From Squalus acanthias (Eukaryota): DNA of 64,000 bases. Shown one piece after another: positions 25,129-37,468 of this stretch; within the stretch, counting starts at the first letter, position 1; each line of letters opens with the position of its first letter. The stretch lies in contig CM059432.1 of assembly GCA_030390025.1 (NCBI GenBank), positions 104,596,001 through 104,660,000 on the forward strand, given 5' to 3'. Below the pieces are notes generated by a model. That model did no database searches. It saw nothing but the letters and a program-made list of their open reading frames with translations, and was not told the DNA's origin. The position numbers and the translations under genes were made by a program.

Positions 25129-28100
25129 AGCTGCATTAAGAGACAATACCCTTTTTTGTTAGCCTGCACTATGTTTGGCAAAACCATTAAAGCCAGATAT
25201 GTTGGCCTCCGCTGCACTCACTGTCGTTCTCCAAACCTCAGCAAAATCCAAGAAAATGTATGGGATGATCATCTATCTATATAATTAGAAGTCTTGCAAA
25301 TAACGTGTTGCACATTAAATCTGCCTGTTTGCAGAAAAATTAAGTGTCATGGTTTTCCATAATGCATACTGTGTTTGCTGAAACTTAGAACAAGCCAACA
25401 AAAAACAACTTGAAAGCTGCAATTTCCACCAATCACATCACCGCATGTTTGTTTTCAAAATGCTCCCCACTGCATTTTTATTTCTGTCCCAGCTGAATAT
25501 GTAACCATAAAGTTAACATTTATAACATAACAAACATAGAAAAATTAATTAATTTCTTCTAAATCATTGACCCTAAAATTCTATGGGCTTCAACGGTCAC
25601 CTGCCATAACTCCAGCAGGAGACCGATGGAAACTCGAAAGAAACAGCATGAACGGCCATCCAGAGAGATTACAGGCCATTAAACTTACCCAAATAATTTT
25701 GGTTTTGTATTCACATTCCTACACTACAGTTTATTTCCAGAGACCTACTTATCTCTGAGGGCCGAGGAATCACTTTTTTCTCCTTGCCTGCAGCTTTGTT
25801 TCTGTGCTTTGAAATCCATTTGTCTGTCATACAGTTAGGTCCAATTGTGACTATGAGCCCTCGAGCCTTATTCACCATGCCTGTGCAATCTTTTACAGTG
25901 CTCTCCATTTTTTCACATATCTCTGATTTTTTGATCTGCTAATGTTTGGGTTATTTCATATAAATTATTACCATTTTATTTTTCCCGTGTGAAATTCAGC
26001 CTAATCTTCACCACCTTCTGTGCATGTGCACTCACGCTCTTTAAAAACTGCCAGTGACTGATGAGAAGACTGAGAAAGAGACACACAAACAGTAAGAGAT
26101 AATGACCTTGAAAATCTGCATCTTTCTCAGCGGATTCAAGACGGGCAGGGATGGGTTTTGGAGTAGGATCATATTATAGCACGTCTGAGTTTGCATACTA
26201 GAGTATATGCCAGATGTGGGGGCATGTGGCTCAAGCGACCACCCTTTAGTTGCCAGGAGCACGTAAATGAGCATTTAATGAAGGAATGATGAGCCCTGTC
26301 AGATTTCCCATCATTCCCACCACAAATCCACTTAATGCATTGAATGCCTGCATAAAACAGGCATTCCTTTGAAAGGACCAGGAAAGTAAGGAGCAGCATT
26401 CACAAAATAATTATGGACAAGAAATGCTAGTCAGCCTATCTTGATTCAGAGCAATCTTAATGTTCCCTCCCCAATTGTTTCTTAAATGGTCCCAGTGTTC
26501 TTGCTACCACTACTTGATCTGGAAGTTTATTCCTCACTATGTGAAGAAGAAATTCCTGATATCAGTCCTAAGCTTACCTTTTAATGTTTGAAATATTGGC
26601 AGTTTTTTTAAAGAGCATAAGTGCATATGCACAGAAGGTGGTGAAGATTAGGCTAAAATTCACATGGAAAGATAAAAAGATATAAACATTAATAGTTCTA
26701 CCCTCACAATTTAATATTCTGAATAACTTTTTTCTATACCCTTAACAATTAACCGCTATAATAATCAAGATCACTCATTTACAATATCTACAAAAGTATG
26801 GACATCTTTGCATTATTTGAACCTGAAAATACAACTGATAATCCCATGATACTTTGTAATGAAAATTCAATTTCAGTTATCCAATCACCATTAATCAGTG
26901 GCTCTGAGAATATATTATACATTACATGGCATAAAGCAGTATATCCTTTGACTCACTGTGAGCAATGCAAAAGCAGATTGCTAGTAAAATGAAAATCCAC
27001 AGTGCAGTGTATCTTAGCACAAGTGATGTCACAAAGTTCACAGGGTCAGGGAGAGTTCCTATGATCTGTTTGACTTCAGAGTACATCTGGGGTACCACCC
27101 CCAACCAAAAGGCTGGATAGTACAGCTGAAAGATGTTCTGGGGGAGATGGAGGGTTTAATCCAGCACCCTGCTATCTGGTTACTCTTCAGCCAATATAGC
27201 TGCTTTCATAAGGCATACTACGGCCAAGGACACACTCAGTTCGTTTGAGGGCCAAGATCACAGCATCTCCTGATGTAGGGAATCACTGCCTCTGGCCCCA
27301 CTTCACCTCATGATAATGACCTTGTTTGGGGTGGATTGAGGGACCCAGTGTATCTGGGTCCTGGTCTAGTTTACAAATGTTCTGCCGCATTCCCACTACA
27401 GTTACAGTGTGAGTACACCAGAATGGGCACAGAATTTCCACCCAATTGTGTCTAGTGCACGTTTTGCCCATCATACTTCTGTGTGATTGATTCTAGTCCC
27501 ACAATTTAGTATAATATTCTGAATGAATATGCACAAAACTACAACACATAAGTGAGGATCGGTAATTTTGACAAACTTACAATCAAAATCAGCACTCAAG
27601 AAAACCAATTGTAACAAACAGACTGAATCAATGAAATTGTTTCAGATATTTTTTTAAATTCCTATCAGTTGCCATCTTGAACTTTCACTAGCTGAGAAAT
27701 ATAGTAGTCAAAATAAGGCTTGTAACACATTAAAACATTTCAAAACTCACAAGAAAATTATTAGGCTTACCTGTTTTGTACATATAAAATGTTTTCCACC
27801 AGAAGCTTTGTCTATCTGAAGTCCAGTTTTGAGTTCATGAGTTGGGTTCCCTGAAACATCATTTTATGAACTGAAGTAACTCAAGAAAATAGTACTGTTT
27901 ATTTCCCAGCAGGCCTCTGTGTCTACAGCTCCCACAATATCTTTGACAGCCAGACTGGCCACTCACACAGTGTGCTAAGACGTCCTGTTTTGAAGACTTG
28001 CCACTTTTCCCCGGTCTTCAGTCCAGTGATGGAGAAGCATTGACAGGACTGAGAAAAGAAAAATCATTTTTAGGAACAATGCAAATAACCAGAATTTGTT

Positions 28101-28757
28101 TTTTTTCTCATATAAAATGTCAGAACAAAGTAAAGAATGAGTTCTTCAACTCTTTCTGAGGTAATTTTCTGAAAACAACAATTCAAGAGATTGTTTACAG
28201 TATGTTACATGTGTGATAAATGAAACATTTGACTTTAACATTTGACATTGTTTAATCTTTGTAATTTGTAATGCATGCCAATTGATTATATCAGCTATAT
28301 TCCTGTTATTTATGTTTATGTCAGAACTCTAAACAAACATTTAAAAAAATGATTAATACGTAAGCAGCAAAAATTGTAGAAGGACTGTGTCATTACTTAA
28401 GTTTGGAGAAGGTGCTGAATAAAAGTCCTGAATTGAAATATGTTTAATTTAAGCAGAATATTTCTGTAACACTAAATACTGTGCTAGACATATTTGGTAA
28501 AGAAGAAAAGATGCAAATTAGTCTGATCTTAAGTTTTATGTATCTCTTGGCTCGTGCTTTAATAAACCATATACTAAACAGATGGACAGTAAAGGTAATG
28601 GGACTGGGTTGATTTTCAACTTCAAAAGGAACGTGAAGTCGACGGAGCAGCCGTGCTGTCCATCTGAAGATAGTGTCAAGGCCCGAACCATTTTCAGGCT
28701 TGAATGCAGCTGAATAGCATTATAATGAGGTCCATTCTGCTACCAGGTTAATTATTA

Positions 28758-29572
28758 CCAACAATTTGCATTTATGTAGTCCCTTTAATGTAGTAAAACA
28801 TCCAAGACATTGCACTGAGGTGTAAGGAAACAGGCACTGAACCAAGGAAGGATTGGAGGGGTGGTGGGGGGAATGACCAAAGGTTTGGTCAAAGAGGTGA
28901 AGGGAAAGGGGAATAGACAAGAGGCCAGAGTCAGAGGTATGAAGAGTGCGGAGGTGGGGCAGCGGTTGTAGGGCTGGAGGAGATTACAGAGATAGGAAGC
29001 GGGCCATAGAGAGATTTAAACACAAGGATGATACTTTTAAATTTGATCCCTTGGCTGACCGGGTGCCAATGTAAGTCAGCAAGGACAGGTGATGAGCAAG
29101 TGGGATAGGATATAGGCAGCAGAATTTTGGATAAGATGAAATTTACAACAACAACAACAATAACTTGTATTTATATAGCGCTTTTAACATAGTAAAACGT
29201 CCCAAATCGCTTCACAAGAGCGTTACCAAACAAAATTTGACACCGAGCCACATAAGGAGATATTAGGACAGACTTGGTCAAAGAGGTAGGTTTTAAGGAG
29301 CTTCTTAAAGAAGGAAAGAGAGGTAGAGCGGCAGAGAGGTTTAGGAAGGGAATTTCAGAGCTTAGGGTCTTGGCAGCTGAAGGCACAACCGCCAATGATG
29401 GAGCGATTAAAATCAGGTACGCTCAAGAGGGCAGAATTGGAGAAGTGCAGATATCTCGAAGTGTTGTGGGGCTGAAGGAGATTACAGAGATAGGGAGGGG
29501 CAAGGCCATGGAGGGATTTGAAAACAAGGATGAGAATTTTAAAATCAAGGCGTGGCTTAACCGGGAGCCAAT
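28758..29572 (-). mobile_element. Two L2 3'-end fragments (older 28758-29140, younger 29146-29572)
   Basis: (CAA)n tails followed by TTGTATTTATATAGCGC, the reverse complement of the L2 3' end seen at 42540-42670. Confidence 0.8.
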
Positions 29573-29980
29573 ACAGAGGGTGGAGGGGCTATTTTCCTCT
29601 TTGTGTAAAGTTAAAGACATTTTTATTAACAAACTGCCAATGGTTTATGATAGTTTAGCAAATTATTTTTCCTTTAACTTTATGCAGAAAAATATATCTC
29701 ACAGTCTATGGGCTGGATTTTGTCATTGGGGTCGGGTCAGGTGGTCGGCGGGTCCCGCCCCCGCCTCCGATGTGAGGCAGGACAGTTGAGCGATTTTGCC
29801 CTAATTGGGCACTTGATTTCCAGCGTGTGGGAACCCCTGGCCCAATGAGTCTTTTGGTCCTGAAACTCGCCTCCGATGATGTCATCTATGCAGCTGCATT
29901 TAAGGCCTGCAAGCAGCCTTGGTTCATTTTCTGCCTAACTACTTTGATGCTGAGACTTCTGAAGGATTATTGGTGCAACC

Positions 29981-31965
29981 ATGGCAAGCTCAAGGCCCAA
30001 GTGCGCACTCCGCTTTGATGAGGACTCCCTCCAAGCTCTGGTGGAGGGAGCGGGAGCTCAGAAGGGAGTGCTGTTTCCTTCTTCTGGGAGGAAGAAACCT
30101 CCCCAGCAGACGAAAGCTGTGTGGCTGCAAGTGGCACAGGAGGTGAGTGCCATCTCACTGTGCAGCAGAACCTGGCTGCAGTGTAGAAAGAGGTTTCATG
30201 ACCTTCTCCGCACAGGAAAAGTGAGTATTACATCACCAGGACCCTCAATCTGCTCCGCATCGCCTCTCATCCCCACCACTCTTCATTGTCAACCTCCTCC
30301 TCCACCACATCCCACTTGACCCTTACATCCCTGCACAATTAACCATTCCCTCTCTCTGTATGTTCACTTTCACTTAACTATTCGACTATACAGGCCTCAC
30401 ACTCCCCATCACGATTATGCTATGCCAACAACTTACAACACACAGGGAGGGCCCTTGGTCTTGGCCCTCACTCCATCTTTGTCCTTCTAAGCATCTATGC
30501 TATCGATTCTCTACACTCACTCCTTCATTCTCACTCAAACTCCACTTGCGTCCCTCATTGCAGGAAAAGAGAGCCCACAATAAGAGGAAAGGGCGAAGAC
30601 AGGGGGAGGGCCACCCTCAATAGCCCAGCTCACCAGTGCAGAGGAGGCGGCCCTGGAGATCGTGGGAGTCAAGGAGGATGCGCAAGTGGGGGACGGACAG
30701 ACGGGCGCATCAGAGCAAGCTGGTGACAGAATAGTTTTTCATCTCTCATTGACATTGCATGAGTGACTGATCTTGATTCTAATGCTCTAACAGATTGACT
30801 TATGAGCATCTGCACAATTCAATATGCATGCAACGTTTATCTCACATGTCTAAACTCTTTCCTTTACTCCCCCACAGGACCATCGACAGCCCCCCTCCCC
30901 ACTGTCCAGGAGGAACAGCCTGAGCCACCAGACTCCTCAGAGGAAGCTGCAACCTCTGAGGGCACAGCGTCAGCAGAATTAAGCGCACCCAGCACCAGCA
31001 CAGACACTCACACCTCGGTGGGACCTTCGGGAGATAGAGTAGTGTTGTCACCTGGTGTATCACAGCTCACAAGTGAGCATCAGCAGATGGTAGAGACAGC
31101 GACAGCAGTGGAGAGTCCTAGTCGGAGGGCGCAGGACTCTCCTAGCTCGGCTCAGCTGCATGTCGACCCTGTGCCTCCGGGTCCATCCAGAAGGAGAGCG
31201 GTGCTGGAACTCCAGGAACAGGTGCAGGAGTCTCTGGCAGGTTTTGTCTCCAGGGTCGCTGCAAGTGTGGAGCGGATGGAGGAGTCCATCGCTAACATGA
31301 GCAGAGCCTTTGTGGAGGCATTGGCGCATGAACGCATCACCACGGAAAGGATGGCAACCTCCGTGGAAAGGATGGCTACCTCCGTGGTAAGGCTGGATAC
31401 CGTAGAGGAGAGGATGGCTACGGTCATGGAGGAGCTAAGTCGCCAGGGTCTTGAAAACATGGTCATTGTTCAGAATAAAATGACATCTCTTGAGGAGCGA
31501 TGGTCAGCTATTGAGCAGAGAAACCAGACCTTCATGGAAGTCCTCTGGAGTAGGATTGCCAGTGCAGAAACGGGTTCTCATGGCCCCCCTGAAGTGCAGC
31601 AAGGTGCTGTCAAGCCACTTGCTAGCTCTGAACTGGGGCTGACCCATGAGAGGGATGTTGGTGGCAGAGAACAAGAAAGTGGGGGCTCCTCTCCAAGCGC
31701 TCACACGACCATGCCACTGCAGAGCCCTCAGTCAGAGCCCCACCAGAGTCCTCACCCAACTGAGATCGGTGTCTCAGCCCCTGCACAGCCGCAGGAGCAG
31801 CAGACTGTTGCTGAGCCCTCACAGGCTCGCAACCCCAGAGGACGCCCGCCAAAGGTGTCGAGGCAGGAGCAGCATGAAAGTGAGCAAGGGGCCACCACAT
31901 CTGTTGAAGCCACAGGGGAAGCACCACGTAGGAGCACACGTAAGAGGAAGATAAAGCACAAGTAG
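29981..31965 (+). pseudogene. Harbinger A Myb/SANT DNA-binding gene; exons 29981-30220, 30564-30722, 30878-31965; 1-nt frameshift in exon 2
   Basis: Exon 1 RFDEDSLQALV...W..VA.EV...RTWLQCRKRFHDL (Myb/SANT-like); GT-AG introns; restoring one base near 30587 gives EKRAHNKRERAKTGGGPP and puts exon 3 in phase. Confidence 0.8.
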
Positions 31966-32223
31966 TCACAAGGGTAGTCACTTGGGTGTTCTGTTGTGTT
32001 TAATTCTGAAATGCCATCCGTGAATTTATGTGATAAAATGACTTGATGGCAAACTGTTGACTTTGTGGGCTGTGTCATTTCACAAATGGGACTTCCACAT
32101 TGAGGGCTCAGGGTGACTTGGAATTGTCAGCACGGTGGTCAGAGTGATAGGAAGCCGCAGGTTCTTGTCCATTGTCGATGGTGTGGTAAGAAGGTGCGAG
32201 GCAAATGTGTTTGATTGGGCAGC

Positions 32224-33446
32224 CTAAACAAATCTGGCCAAGATCAGTGCATCCCTTGCATCCCGGGCAGCAATGTTCTCGCGTGCTGCTGCCGCTGGTT
32301 GAGCCACCTCCGCAAGCTGTTCGCTGTCACTCTCCTCCTCCTCCTCCTCCTCCTCATCCTCATCTGAGGAGGCTATGCGATGAGCCACTTGTACCTCAGG
32401 CAGCTGCAAGCCACGATGCTGTGCCATGTTGTGAAGTGCACAGCAGACCATGACAATTCTGGAGATCCTGGCTGCTGAGTACTGCAGGGCTCCACCTGAT
32501 CTATCAAGGCATCTGAATCGCATCTTCAGCAAGCCGATGGTTTGCTCAATAATGGATCTGGTGGAAATGTGGCTGGAGTTGTAGCGCTCCTCAGCTTCGT
32601 TGGATGGCCTCCTCAATGGCGTCATTAGCCATGTCTTCAGGGGATAGCCCTTGTCTCCAAGTAGCCATTCGCAAAGTTGGTCTGGCGGACTGAAGAGCGG
32701 AGGCACACTAGACTGTCGCAGAATGAAGGAGTCATGGCAACTGCCAGGGTACTTGGCGCAAACATACAAAATTTCCTTATTGTGGTTACACACCAGCTGC
32801 ACATTGAGGGAGTGGAAGCATTTGCGGTTGACAAAAATACCTGGATTGTGATGGGGTGCCTGAAGGGCTTCATGTGTGCAGTCTACGACACCCTGCACCC
32901 TTGGAAAGCCTGCCAGATTAGCAAAGCCAACCGCATGCGCCGTTACACTTGCTTGGTCCTTGGAGAAGTTGATGTAATTGGGGGCATTGGCAAAGAGGGC
33001 ATCAGTTACCTGCGTGATGCAAGTGTGTGCGGCCGCCTGGGAGATGCCGCTGATGTCTGCTGTTGATCCCTGGAATGACCCTGAAGCAAAAAAGTTGAGT
33101 GCGGTGGTGACTTTGACAGCCACTGGTAAGGGGTGTCCACCGGATCCTCTGGGCTCCAGGTGTTGGTGCAGCATTGTGCAGATGTCACCCACTACCTCTC
33201 GCGAAAGTCTCAGCCTCCTTTGGCACTGCTGCTCAGTCATGTTGAGGTAACTCATCCTCTGTCTGTAAACCCTTCCCTGCGCTGGCGTCTTCTGCCCTGT
33301 GCACCATCAGCTGGGTAAGCAGCAGGTTGGCGCTCCTGTTGTTGCTGCTACTGTTGGTGCTGCTGTTGTTCCGGGTTCTGCTGCTGCCGCGGCTGGTCTT
33401 CGCACGAATTTGAGGTCCAGGAGGAAAGGAAATAAATGGTTCCCAT
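32224..33446 (-). CDS. Harbinger A DDE transposase; core ORF 33255-32224 open, Q-rich N-terminus disrupted
   Basis: [32 protein letters not shown] and an acidic tail. A probable original ATG at 33446 is followed by a CAG>TAG stop in the polyQ tract and a frameshift near 33285. Confidence 0.85.
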
Positions 33447-34135
33447 GCTGCAGGTATATACCTCAGTTGAGGAAGTGCACAGTCAAGGTGGGGAGGGGGG
33501 TTTCCCAGGAGGTCACACTGGAGATGGATCTCAGCTTCAAAACTTCCAAAATGAGTTGGCCTGCTAAAAGTTCACCCAGACCTGAGAAAACAAAGTTCTG
33601 CCACCTGCAAATGATCATTGTAACAAACTCCTTTTTAATGGTGGAGCTGCAGCTGTTAGTAAGCCATCCACTTGTGAGCCCGCCAGGATTAACTGGCGTG
33701 TTCCAGAGGAGACGTGCAGCACGGGGGAAAAGTGTTAAAATCAAAGGCCTCTCAAAATGGCATTATAGAGGCACTAAAGGGTAGAAATTAGGTCGCGCCC
33801 CATTTGGGGCGCAAATATCGTCCGGACGCAAATATTAGCGCCTGGCGCTAATTATCGGCACTGACAGGAAACTTCACTTTTACCGCCCCGGGAGGTGAGT
33901 GGAGCGCTAAAGCAGGCGCTGCACACCTGTCTTAAGGCGCAAAGGCCAAGGAGTGAGGCGCTAACTCAGCGCGCGAGCGCAGCACAGCTGCTGCCAGTTA
34001 GCGAGGGAACACAGACACACTGGCGCCGGACACTTCTTAAAGCGGGGGGGGCCACTTGCTCCCCAGCCACACCCTGCTCATTGCAGCCTTGAATCTCAGC
34101 CTGGAGAGACCTGTGAATCCATTTTGCTGCCAAGC

Positions 34136-36013
34136 ATGGAGAGGGTGAGAGAACGCGCTCATCGCTTCACCGAGCGGGCCTTGGATGCTCTGGTTGACGC
34201 AGTGGAGCGCAGACGATGTATGCTGTTCCCTGAGAGTGGCAGGAGGCCTTTGCCACGCCAGTTCAGAAGAGTGTGGAGGGAGGTGGCTCAGAGCGTCTCC
34301 TCCAGGAGCATGGTGCCCAGGACCCATACTCAATGCCGCAAAAAGTTCAACGACCTCACTCGGGTCGTCAGGGTGAGTGGCTTTTTCTCAATACCTCTCC
34401 ATCCCTCCATCTCAACCTCACTCTATGGCCAGAGGGTCTTAAAACCCCAATGCACAACACTCATCCAACACCTATGGCCCTTTCATCAAACACACACACA
34501 CATTCCACACTTTGCATACAGTAAGGGCTATTCACCTATGGGAGGCACATCAGGCAAGACCATGGCTGTATACAGTAAGGGCTATTCACCTATGGGAGGC
34601 ACATCAGGCAAGACCATGGCTGTATATTGTAAGGGCTATTCACCTATGGGAGGCACATCAGGCAAGACCATGGCTGTATATTTACTCAGATGCTGTCCTT
34701 TTTCTTGCAGGCTAAGCTGGCTCATAATAGGAGACAGCAGCAACGGACAGGTGGAGGGCGGCTTCAGCTGCAACCCCTCAGCTATCTGGAGGAGCGCGTC
34801 CACAGGATTGTGGCAAGCCGGGTGATCGGTCCCGTCGCCACTGGAGACGCCGACCCCGTTGTGGACAGCAATGGTAAGGTCATCACCTTTTTGTCCTCTG
34901 TCCTTCCACTTGTCCCTCACAACACCAGCCTTTGACACTTTCAATCCAACTTGCTAACTCGCTGCACTTATTCCTCCCTTACTGCCACCCTGTCCTCACG
35001 CTAAAGCCACTCTTGTACCTCCCTGCTTTCAGATGGTGATTCACCAGCTGAGGAGACGGGCCCTGAAGCTGCCACTGGGAGTGATGCTGCAGCCGAGGAG
35101 GAAGAGGAAGCCAGAGCATCAGTGCCACCCTCTCCCGAGGAAGCCCATGCCCACACTGGGAACACGCCTTCCCCGGAGGGGAGCAGGGGGGAAGGGGCGG
35201 ATGATGGTGAAGCTCCAGGACCCAGCGGGCTGCAGCAACGTCATGGGGGGGGGTAGGGAAGAAAGGGGGCCTTCTCCCCAGAGGGAGAGTATGCCAGATA
35301 CTCCTACTGCAATGGACGCAGAGGAGGAGCGGCTGATTGCAGAAATGAACACCCAGGCGGTGGGCATGCACACTGAGCTCATGGGTGCAGTGGGAAGGGT
35401 GCCCGAATGCATTGAGTCACTGGCAAGGAGTGTGGAGCACTTCGCTGTAGCACAGGCGGATGCCACACTAACGCTTAGTGCTGCAATTCAGTCACTGGCT
35501 GCCGTGATCCCACCTCTGACTGCTCTCATACAGACTCAGATGGAGGCCACGCGAGCACAGACTGCTGCCAACCTCGATGGTTCGTGCACATGTCCCCGGG
35601 GCTGTCACCGCGCCGCAGCAGGCCAGCAATCTGTTCTCCGGCAGATTGCTCCGGATGCTGAAGTGCTGCCCCGTGGGAGTGCCAGTGTGTCGGGCGAGCA
35701 GGGAGTTGCTGGCCTCTCTCACGATGACAGCATTCCTGCTGCCAACACTGTCACTTCTCCACTGCACTTGCCACCGCCTGTAGGACAGACTGCTGCCGCC
35801 CATGCAGAGTTGGTGCAGTCTGCAGCCGGGCCCTCCAGGCCCAGAAGTGGTCGAGGCCGTCCTTCAGGGGCATCTGCAGTGTCAGGGTCTGACGAGCAGC
35901 AGCCTTCCACCAGCCTTGCTGCAGCCACTGAGGTCCCATTACGGAGGAGCAGTAGGGTTAGAAGGGGGGAAGTGCGCAAGGGAAGGAGATCACCCTCGAA
36001 GGGCAAAAAGTAG
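34136..36013 (+). CDS. Harbinger B Myb/SANT gene; exons 34136-34372, 34711-34873, 35033-36013; one frameshift at the G9 run 35245-35253
   Basis: MERVRERAHRFTERALDALV...RTHTQCRKKFNDL; GT-AG introns in the same phases as element A; the spliced frame hits TAG right after G9, whereas G8 would read through to 36013. Confidence 0.8.
34516..34680. repeat. 3 x 54-bp tandem repeat in intron 1 of the Harbinger B Myb gene
   Basis: GTAAGGGCTATTCACCTATGGGAGGCACATCAGGCAAGACCATGGCTGTATA at 34521, 34575 and 34629. Confidence 0.95.
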
Positions 36014-36307
36014 GAGGTGTGACAAAATGCTGGTCATTTTTTTATTAAAGGCCGAGGTTCATGGTCCAACTTTTGTTTAGTGTTTTGGACATTATCTCCA
36101 GGTTGTGAGAACCAGTTATGTTATTGACTGTTTTTTTGTGTTTATTTCTATGAGTTTGTCATGAGGAATTGACACACACAGAGTTTGTAAAATAAATAAG
36201 TTTCTGTATTCAAAATATACATGGCTGGTAGTTGGAATTATTGGTGCCTTGGCCGGCTTAGGGGTTGCGTGCTGGGTTGATTAGTGTTTGTAGCAATGGC
36301 AGGGGCC

Positions 36308-37468
36308 CTAGAAGCGGCTTGCTATTAGCCGTTGACGGACGGCCCTTGCAGTTTGACCATTGTGGGCCGCCCTCCTGCCTTGGTGCTGCTGATGATCATC
36401 ATCCTCGTCCTCTTCCTCCTCTTCCTCCTCCTCCTCTGGTGGTGCTACAAGGCCTGGTGGCATTGGCTGGGTCCTGAGGATTGCCATGTTGTGCAACATG
36501 CAGCACACGACTACGAAGTTCGAAACTTGCTCAGGCGAGTACTGCAGGGCTCCTCCGGAATGGTCCAGACAGCGGAACCGTTGTTTCAGCACGCCGATTG
36601 TGCGCTCAATAATGTTCCTGGTTGCTTGATGGCTTTCATTGTACCGCAGCTCAGCAGGGGTGTTTGGCGTACGGAGCGGTGTCATCAGCCAGGTGCTCAA
36701 TGCGTACCCCTTGTCCCCGAGAAGCCAACCAACTGGCTGATGCGGTGCCTCGAAAACTTCTGCCACAGTAGTCTGGCGCAAGATGAAAGCATCGTGGCAG
36801 CTGCCCGGATAGTGGGCATTGACAGCGAGTATCACCTGTCTGTGGTCACAGACCAACTGCACATTCAAGGAATGGAACCCCTTTCTGTTCCTGAATTCCT
36901 CTGCATTCTCTCGCGGAGCACGCAAAGCCACATGCGTGCAGTCAATGGCGCCCTGCACCATGGGGAAGCCCGCTACCCTCGCAAAGCCCAGAGCACGGTC
37001 ACGCTGCTTGTCTGGGGTCATAGGGAAAGAGATGAAGTCTCGTCTCCTTCTGAAGAGGGCATTGGTGACCTGCCGGATGCAGCGATGCACCGCAAACTGG
37101 GAGATATTGGCGAGGTCCCCAACAGCAGCTTGGAATGAGCCAGTGGCGTAGAAGTTCAAAGCCACTGTGACCTTCACTGCCACCGACAGAGACGTCCTGG
37201 ACCTCAGCTGAGGCTGCAGATCTGGCTGCAGCAGGTGGCAGAGCTCAGTGACCACCTCCTTGCTGAATCGCAGCCTTCGCAAACACAGCTCCTCGGACAT
37301 ATGGATGTAGGAGAGCTGTTCACGATATACCCTGGGAGGGTAAGCTCTCCTGTACATGCGCCTGATGGCCCTCCTCCGTCTGGCCATCATTGCCACTCTC
37401 TGTCTGCGTCTCGGTATCCTCCAATTCAGCTGGAGCAGGACGACGCCCCCAATCATTGCAGCCCCCAT
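36308..37468 (-). CDS. Harbinger B DDE transposase, intact, 386 aa from the first ATG
   Basis: Uninterrupted [59 protein letters not shown]. Confidence 0.92.
   Translation of the reverse strand: MGAAMIGGVVLLQLNWRIPRRRQRVAMMARRRRAIRRMYRRAYPPRVYREQLSYIHMSEELCLRRLRFSKEVVTELCHLLQPDLQPQLRSRTSLSVAVKVTVALNFYATGSFQAAVGDLANISQFAVHRCIRQVTNALFRRRRDFISFPMTPDKQRDRALGFARVAGFPMVQGAIDCTHVALRAPRENAEEFRNRKGFHSLNVQLVCDHRQVILAVNAHYPGSCHDAFILRQTTVAEVFEAPHQPVGWLLGDKGYALSTWLMTPLRTPNTPAELRYNESHQATRNIIERTIGVLKQRFRCLDHSGGALQYSPEQVSNFVVVCCMLHNMAILRTQPMPPGLVAPPEEEEEEEEEDEDDDHQQHQGRRAAHNGQTARAVRQRLIASRF

Noticed and set aside
27771..28048. Minus-strand exon with plausible acceptor (28049) and donor (27770)
   Set aside because: The frame I translated hits a stop, no recognisable product and no partner exons; cannot be supported without RNA data.
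30802..31965. 387-aa standalone ORF (and the 326-aa ORF at 35033)
   Set aside because: These are third exons of spliced Myb genes; their listed N-termini are intronic or out of frame.
32224..37468. Domesticated host genes HARBI1 / NAIF1 / MSANTD
   Set aside because: Both gene pairs lie between TIRs with TSDs and have decayed relatives nearby, so they are transposon genes.
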